Source of the DNA: Oceanispirochaeta sp.
GTDB lineage: Bacteria; Spirochaetota; Spirochaetia; DSM-2461
Direction of reading: 5' to 3'
Length of the DNA stretch: 64,000 nucleotides
Assembly (NCBI GenBank): GCA_963663385.2
Contig: CAXXXD010000003.1
Span: forward strand, 1,184,001 to 1,248,000
Made by a program: the position numbers and the translations under genes. Positions 58,817-64,000 of this stretch are shown here, in pieces. The notes under the pieces were generated by a model. It was given only the letters and a program-made list of their open reading frames with translations. It made no database searches and was not told the origin of the DNA. How positions within the stretch are numbered: the stretch's first letter is position 1; each line of letters opens with the position of its first letter.

Positions 58817-59584
58817 TTGTCCAAATCCGATAAAACGCTGTCCCGTAAAATAGATAAGGCGATACTTAAGTTTGAACTGATTGAACCGGGTGATCGAATC
58901 CTCATTGCCGTTTCGGGAGGGAAAGATTCCATGGTCCTCTCTTATTTTCTGGGGCATAAACAGAAATCTTTTCCTATTCCCTTTGAATTAGGGGCTGTCC
59001 ACATTGAGAATGATTTTGAAGGATGCGGGAAGAACCCTGCCATGGCCGAATTGATGGAAGAGTGGGGTATCCCTTTTGAAATTCTGGAAATTCCCGTTAT
59101 GGGTAGATTAAAGCCTGGAAAAACCATGAACTGTTACTGGTGCTCAACCCAGCGAAGAATGGAATTGATCCGCTATGCCGGTGAGAAAGGGTATAATAAA
59201 ATTGCCCTCGGCCACCATATGGACGATATACTTGAAACATTCTTTATGAATATGATTTATAAATCGGAACTGTCTACTATGCTTCCCAAGTTAAAATATG
59301 ACAGATACCCGTACACCGTAATACGTCCTCTGACCTATGTTAAGGAGAGTGAAATCATGGATTTTGCCGATAAAATAGGACTCCTTGATGCTGCCGGCAC
59401 CTGTTCGTTCGGGATAACTTCTCAGAGGCTGGATGTTCGTCGTTTTATTGATGAAATGGCATTGCATGAGGGGACTCATATAAAGGATAATATTTTTGAA
59501 GCAATGAATAACCCTGTTCACCGTTATATGCCCTATGCCTTACTGGAGGATATCTCCGGTAAAAATGATGTAAACAAGAACTGA
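58817..59584 (+). CDS. ttcA: tRNA 2-thiocytidine biosynthesis TtcA family protein
   Basis: PP-loop SGGKDS, CYWC, GHHMDD, IRPL; TTG start. Confidence 0.85.
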   Translation: MSKSDKTLSRKIDKAILKFELIEPGDRILIAVSGGKDSMVLSYFLGHKQKSFPIPFELGAVHIENDFEGCGKNPAMAELMEEWGIPFEILEIPVMGRLKPGKTMNCYWCSTQRRMELIRYAGEKGYNKIALGHHMDDILETFFMNMIYKSELSTMLPKLKYDRYPYTVIRPLTYVKESEIMDFADKIGLLDAAGTCSFGITSQRLDVRRFIDEMALHEGTHIKDNIFEAMNNPVHRYMPYALLEDISGKNDVNKN

Positions 59585-59598
59585 TTAGGAAGGCAGAT

Positions 59599-60915
59599 TT
59601 GGAGCCGATTTTTGAAAGACTGGAAGAGAGGGACATTTTATCTCTGAAATGCGAGAGATCCCTTTTAATTGGAATACAGGATGAAGAGGAAAGCCTCGAA
59701 ACAGCAGAGAGTCATCTGAAGGAACTTGCCAGCCTGGCAGATACAATGGGAATCCCCGCCGTATCGACTATGCTGGTACGATTGCGCAAAGTTCATCCCC
59801 GTCATCTGGTAGGCACTGGGAAACTGGATGAAATCCGGGAAGAAGCTGAACACTGCAAGGCTGACCTCATAGTTTTCGACTATGACCTTTCCCCTTCACA
59901 GCAGAGGAATATAGAACGGGATCTGGGAATTACCGTAATTGACAGGGAAGAGGTTATTCTGGATATCTTTGCAGACAGGGCTTCTACACGGGAAGCTGTG
60001 CTTCAGGTCGCTCTGGCCCGGATGCAGTACAGTCTTCCTCGCTTAACCAGAGCATGGACTCATCTTTCCAGACAGAGGGGCGGTGCAAAAGGAACAAGAG
60101 GCAAGGGAGAAACCCAGCTTGAAAGCGACAGGCGTATGGTCCTCAGCAAGATTTCCTCCCTGAAAAAGGAATTGGCTCAAGTAAGGAAAAACAGGGAAAC
60201 CCAACGAAAGAAAAGACGGGCCCTCCCTGTTCCTACTCTCTCAATCGTCGGGTATACCAATGCGGGAAAGTCATCCATCCTGAATATGATGACTGGCGCC
60301 GATGTCCTGGCGGAGGATAAACTCTTTGCCACGCTTGATCCCACATCACGAAGAGTTCATCTGCCAGGCGGGCGGCAGATTGTAATAACCGATACGGTTG
60401 GTTTTATCCGGAAACTCCCCCATGGTTTGATTGAAGCCTTTAAATCCACCCTTGAAGAAGCCGTTTTATCTGATGCGATTATACATGTAATTGATGTCAG
60501 CAACGATGAGTGGCGGCACCATAAACAGGTTACCGAAGAGGTACTGAAAGAACTTGGTGCGGGAGATAAACCGGTTCTTCTGGTTTTTAACAAGATAGAT
60601 AAGCTTGATGATCCTGAGGGATTCCGTCATTTTCTGGATAGGGAAGAATTTCCCGTAGTTCTGATTTCTGCCCATACCGGTCAGGGTCGAGAAGAACTGG
60701 AAGAAGGGCTGAACAGAATTCTGGAAGCGGAATTGCCTGTAAAAACCTTGTTAATTCCGCCGGACAAGTGGGATATAGTTGCCTATATACGCCGAAACAG
60801 TGTTGTCGTTCATGAATCTTATGAAGAAGATGGTATTCTTCTTGAAGCTATACTTTCTGAAAAGGATCAGAGAATCCTTAAGGAATATGTCATGCCAAAA
60901 AAAAGTAATAACTAA
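59599..60915 (+). CDS. hflX: GTPase HflX
   Basis: GYTNAGKS, LFATLD, DTVGFI, NKID, ISA; TTG start. Confidence 0.97.
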   Translation: MEPIFERLEERDILSLKCERSLLIGIQDEEESLETAESHLKELASLADTMGIPAVSTMLVRLRKVHPRHLVGTGKLDEIREEAEHCKADLIVFDYDLSPSQQRNIERDLGITVIDREEVILDIFADRASTREAVLQVALARMQYSLPRLTRAWTHLSRQRGGAKGTRGKGETQLESDRRMVLSKISSLKKELAQVRKNRETQRKKRRALPVPTLSIVGYTNAGKSSILNMMTGADVLAEDKLFATLDPTSRRVHLPGGRQIVITDTVGFIRKLPHGLIEAFKSTLEEAVLSDAIIHVIDVSNDEWRHHKQVTEEVLKELGAGDKPVLLVFNKIDKLDDPEGFRHFLDREEFPVVLISAHTGQGREELEEGLNRILEAELPVKTLLIPPDKWDIVAYIRRNSVVVHESYEEDGILLEAILSEKDQRILKEYVMPKKSNN

Positions 60916-61012
60916 TCAAGATCATAATTTGATCTCAAAATCCCTGGTTGGATTATAAATAAAATGTAGCAGATTATTCTGTTCCGGGGGTTCAACACTT
61001 AAGGAGTTTAAA

Positions 61013-61468
61013 ATGAAATTGAGTAAAAATATTATTGGGGTGATGTTTCTAATACTTACCGGATCCATAATGAGTTCCTGCGTAATAACCGAAGAAAAAA
61101 ATAGTGTAAGTGTCTCAGAACGAATTGATAAATTTGAAGAAGATGTTAATAATGGGGACAATATTGAAATTCCGGAAAATTTCCATTCAGAAATAGAGAG
61201 TTCCCTTCAGACTAACTGGTATAGTATTTTTGTAAACGGACCCCTGGATAGTACCCGCACACCGGTTATTTTCTCGGAGCCTACAAGTATAACTGACAGT
61301 ATATTAACAAACGAAAAAACCGCCAGGGGGGTTATGCTAGATAAAGATGATCGTGCAGTAAATTATACAATGACTTTGAAAGAGGAAGACGAAGACGATG
61401 ATATCTGGATGATTAAATCTCTTCAGCTTGGAACACAGGATTATTTAAACGGTAATATACAAGAGTAG
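61013..61468 (+). CDS. Hypothetical lipoprotein
   Basis: SD TAAGGAG; signal peptide ending MSS-C; flanked by hflX 3'-end repeats. Confidence 0.8.
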   Translation: MKLSKNIIGVMFLILTGSIMSSCVITEEKNSVSVSERIDKFEEDVNNGDNIEIPENFHSEIESSLQTNWYSIFVNGPLDSTRTPVIFSEPTSITDSILTNEKTARGVMLDKDDRAVNYTMTLKEEDEDDDIWMIKSLQLGTQDYLNGNIQE

Positions 61469-61509
61469 AAACAGGAGCCGGTTCATATAACGGGAAGAAA
61501 AACTGTCTT

Positions 61510-61650
61510 AAAACTTTATTGATTCCTCCAGGCAAGTGGGATATAGTTGCCTATATACGCAACAGTGTTGTCGTCCATGAATCTTATGAAGAGGATGGTA
61601 TTCTGCTTGAACTTATGCTTTCTGAAAAAGATCAGGGAATCCTTAAATAA
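61510..61650 (+). pseudogene. Relic copy of the hflX 3' end (imperfect direct repeat of 60742-60885)
   Basis: Translates KTLLIPPGKWDIVAYIR-NSVVVHESYEEDGILLELMLSEKDQGILK* versus HflX KTLLIPPDKWDIVAYIRRNSVVVHESYEEDGILLEAILSEKDQRILKE. Confidence 0.92.
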
Positions 61651-61714
61651 TCTATCCATACGAAACACGATTGAAAAAATCATAAAATTCTCCGGTTCTG
61701 TCGATAATGGCAAT

Positions 61715-62965
61715 ATGAAGTCTTTCAATGTAAAACGACCCTCCGAGAGAACCTCCATTTTCTTGACATCTCTACTTGTTTTTTCTCTTCTATTTCTTCT
61801 TTTTAATCCCAAAAGTACGAAACTGACAGCTGCAGGCCCTGAAAAACCTGTGAGGGCTAAAGAAACGGACAATCAGACGGTCGCAGAACCGGTAAAACTG
61901 GAGAGAATCAGCACAGAACTTAAAAGGGGAGGGACCCTTCAGAATTTGCTGTTGAATGCGGGAATATCCCTTAATGAAACCAACGGAATAATTTCAGCAC
62001 TGGCTCCTTTAATGGATCTGACCCGTTTGAAATCCGGACAGAAATTTGATATTTTTTTTGATGACAAGTATGTGCATAAAATTGTTATTCCGGCTTCTAT
62101 CGATAAGGATATTCAAATTGAAAAAGTAGATGATCAGAGTTTCAAGGCTGAGGAGATTTTGAAAGAGCTGATTGTTTATCCCATGAAGAAAAGCTCCGTT
62201 GTTGAATCCAGTTTATATGGCAGTGCGGTGGCAGCCGGAATACCCGATGCCATAATTATGGATCTAATTATGCTTTATTCCTTTGATGTGGATTTCCAGC
62301 GGGATATCCAGCCGGGTGATGAACTGAGTGCCGTTTTTGAACTGGTCTATGACGAAAGTGGTAAAATTGTGGATACCGGGATTATCCTGAATGCGGAACT
62401 GAAGACCGATGGTAGGGAAATAAAAATATTCCGTTACACATCTGCTGACGGTAAAACCGATTATTACAATGAGCAGGGGCATACAGTTAGAAAATCCCTT
62501 CTCAAGACCCCTATCAATGGAGCCTATATTACATCCAATTACGGCATGAGGACTAATCCCTTTTCCGGATACAACACCATGCACAAGGGGGTTGATTTCG
62601 GTGCTCCCAGAGGAACAGCTATAAAAGCATCCGGGGATGGTACCGTTGTAGCCGCCGGTTACAATGATGTCTATGGTAATTATATCAAAATCCGCCATGT
62701 AAACCATTATGAAACTCTCTATGCCCATCAGACATCTTTTGCCCGGGGAATAAAAAGAGGAACAAAGGTCGAACAGGGACAGGTTATAGGGTATGTGGGA
62801 TCGACAGGAATGTCTACAGGACCGCATCTCCACTACGAGGTTCGCTACTATGGTAAACAGGTCAATCCTTCCACAGTTAAATTCCCGCCGGGAAGAACCC
62901 TTAATGGAGATGATCTTAGACTGTATTCCAATCAGATTCAGAGTTTTCAATCCTCTTTTTACTGA
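61715..62965 (+). CDS. M23 family peptidoglycan DD-endopeptidase (MepM-like)
   Basis: N-terminal TM; HKGVD (HxxxD), YAH, STGPHLHYE; start moved to ATG 61715. Confidence 0.9.
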   Translation: MKSFNVKRPSERTSIFLTSLLVFSLLFLLFNPKSTKLTAAGPEKPVRAKETDNQTVAEPVKLERISTELKRGGTLQNLLLNAGISLNETNGIISALAPLMDLTRLKSGQKFDIFFDDKYVHKIVIPASIDKDIQIEKVDDQSFKAEEILKELIVYPMKKSSVVESSLYGSAVAAGIPDAIIMDLIMLYSFDVDFQRDIQPGDELSAVFELVYDESGKIVDTGIILNAELKTDGREIKIFRYTSADGKTDYYNEQGHTVRKSLLKTPINGAYITSNYGMRTNPFSGYNTMHKGVDFGAPRGTAIKASGDGTVVAAGYNDVYGNYIKIRHVNHYETLYAHQTSFARGIKRGTKVEQGQVIGYVGSTGMSTGPHLHYEVRYYGKQVNPSTVKFPPGRTLNGDDLRLYSNQIQSFQSSFY

Positions 62966-62971
62966 ACTTAA

Positions 62972-63000
62972 TTGTAAATACCAGCTCACAGCGATATAAT
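62972..63000 (+). promoter_or_regulatory. sigma70 promoter, probably giving a leaderless mRNA
   Basis: TTGTAA-N17-TATAAT, 7 nt before ATG 63008; no SD. Confidence 0.7.
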
Positions 63001-63007
63001 TGTATTC

Positions 63008-63469
63008 ATGAAAATATTATTGAGATTTTTGGTTTTACTGACAGTGGCAGGTGTTTTTTTCTCCTGTTCGACCCTTGGGGCAGGTTATTATGAAGATTCC
63101 GGCCTGATTATAGCCAACCAGCTTAATAAGGGGATGCATGAGAGTCTCACGACTGACTCTGATTATCCTTTTGTATTCGAGCAGGAAATCCTGGCTTCCG
63201 GTTCACAGGTAAAGTCGCTTTGGGAAGGACTTGTTAAAGCCGGTTACTATGTAGAAAACCCTTCCGTTGCATTGAATCAGCCCGTCACAGATAAGGATTT
63301 TCAGCTTTTCGCCCAATCATGGGAAATCAAATCCTATTTTGAAAAATATATTTCCAATGAAGATAGACTTCTTCTTATCGAGGGAGACAATACCTCGTTC
63401 TATCTGATTCTGAGAAGAAATAAAAAAGATTCTTACAGGATTATCGGATGGAAGGAGGTTTCAAAATGA
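63008..63469 (+). CDS. Hypothetical lipoprotein
   Basis: Signal peptide ending FFS-C. Confidence 0.78.
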   Translation: MKILLRFLVLLTVAGVFFSCSTLGAGYYEDSGLIIANQLNKGMHESLTTDSDYPFVFEQEILASGSQVKSLWEGLVKAGYYVENPSVALNQPVTDKDFQLFAQSWEIKSYFEKYISNEDRLLLIEGDNTSFYLILRRNKKDSYRIIGWKEVSK

Positions 63470-64000
63470 AGAAAGCAGTATTGACCTTTTCTATTCTGAT
63501 AGCAGCAGGACTTCCCCTTCTGGCATTGAATGGTGAGATTGTTTTTGTGGAAGGTTCTGTAGACCTTAAAACGGCACAGGGTGACCTGGAGTGGGCCGAT
63601 ATCGGGATGCCTGTAGAAACCGGAGACAGTATCATTACCGGGTATGACGGGTATGCGGAACTAGAAATGGAAGACGGCTCAACTGTAAAAGTCAGTGAAG
63701 ATTCTATTTTTGCTCTTTCCTCCTTTGAACAGAAGGGGAAAGAGGAGAATACTTTTCAGTGTGTACTGGGTTCTGTCCAGTATAAATTTACAAAAGCCAT
63801 GAAGGATAACGAACCCCGGATAACCACTCCATCCACTGTTTGCGGAATCCGCGGTACAGAGTTTACTGTTTTTTCCGGATTGGACGGCTCTGCCGTTTAT
63901 GTGGTGGATAACGGCAGCGTTTCAGTGAGCGCTGAGGGAGAAGAGGTTATTCTGGAAGCCCTGCAGGGGGTAGAAGTTGCTCCCGGATCTGTCCCGGGGG
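63466..64000 (+). CDS. FecR-domain secreted protein, 3' end outside window
   Basis: Not in the ORF track. SD AGGAGG and ATGA overlap; MKKAVL...GDSIITGYDGYAEL..EDGSTVKVSEDS...TTPSTVCGIRGTEF. Confidence 0.88.
   Translation, partial: MKKAVLTFSILIAAGLPLLALNGEIVFVEGSVDLKTAQGDLEWADIGMPVETGDSIITGYDGYAELEMEDGSTVKVSEDSIFALSSFEQKGKEENTFQCVLGSVQYKFTKAMKDNEPRITTPSTVCGIRGTEFTVFSGLDGSAVYVVDNGSVSVSAEGEEVILEALQGVEVAPGSVPG

Noticed and set aside
61547..61714. N-terminal extension of the M23 ORF in the track
   Set aside because: Out-of-frame read of the hflX relic; ATG 61715 precedes the TM anchor.
62264..62989. 241-aa minus-strand ORF
   Set aside because: Antisense shadow of the M23 peptidase gene.
1..64000. 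CRISPR arrays, IS elements, prophage genes, rRNA
   Set aside because: No regularly spaced repeats and no transposase, integrase, phage or rRNA signatures were seen by eye.

Overview
A gene-dense chromosomal window from a spirochaete, probably a free-living Spirochaetaceae. The evidence is two FlaB core flagellins, two FlaA sheath proteins, flgN-flgK-flgL-fliW-csrA and a PlzA-like PilZ protein. The first ~31 kb is mixed housekeeping and accessory content: hrpB, a low-GC metalloprotease/lipoprotein pair, TetR, MATE, a P-loop kinase plus GH13_18 phosphorylase operon, a nitronate monooxygenase-like protein, a cysteine desulfurase, panE, maltose phosphorylase/pgmB, a class III cyclase, cobO, glgA, a GH3 hydrolase and trxB. 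From 32 to 55 kb lies the core spirochaete flagellar and translation region, with c-di-GMP proteins, tsaBE, 6S RNA, zapAB, infC-rpmI-rplT, flaA and fba. The rest holds tRNA-Leu, RNA-modification genes, hflX, lipoproteins, an M23 peptidase and a FecR protein. I saw no CRISPR array, transposase or integrase. Best leads: (1) a probable stand-alone sucrose kinase plus sucrose-6F-phosphate phosphorylase pathway behind a 34-bp palindrome; (2) a lipoprotein gene bracketed by hflX and a synonymously diverged relic copy of the hflX 3' end; (3) three unannotated small ORFs with Shine-Dalgarno (SD) sites and hairpins at 19.8-20.5 kb; (4) a composition-mosaic metzincin/partner cassette; (5) a non-canonical cyclase with an EAD-like N-terminus; (6) a readable sigma28/CsrA flagellin circuit. 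All family assignments come from motif recognition by eye; no searches were run.
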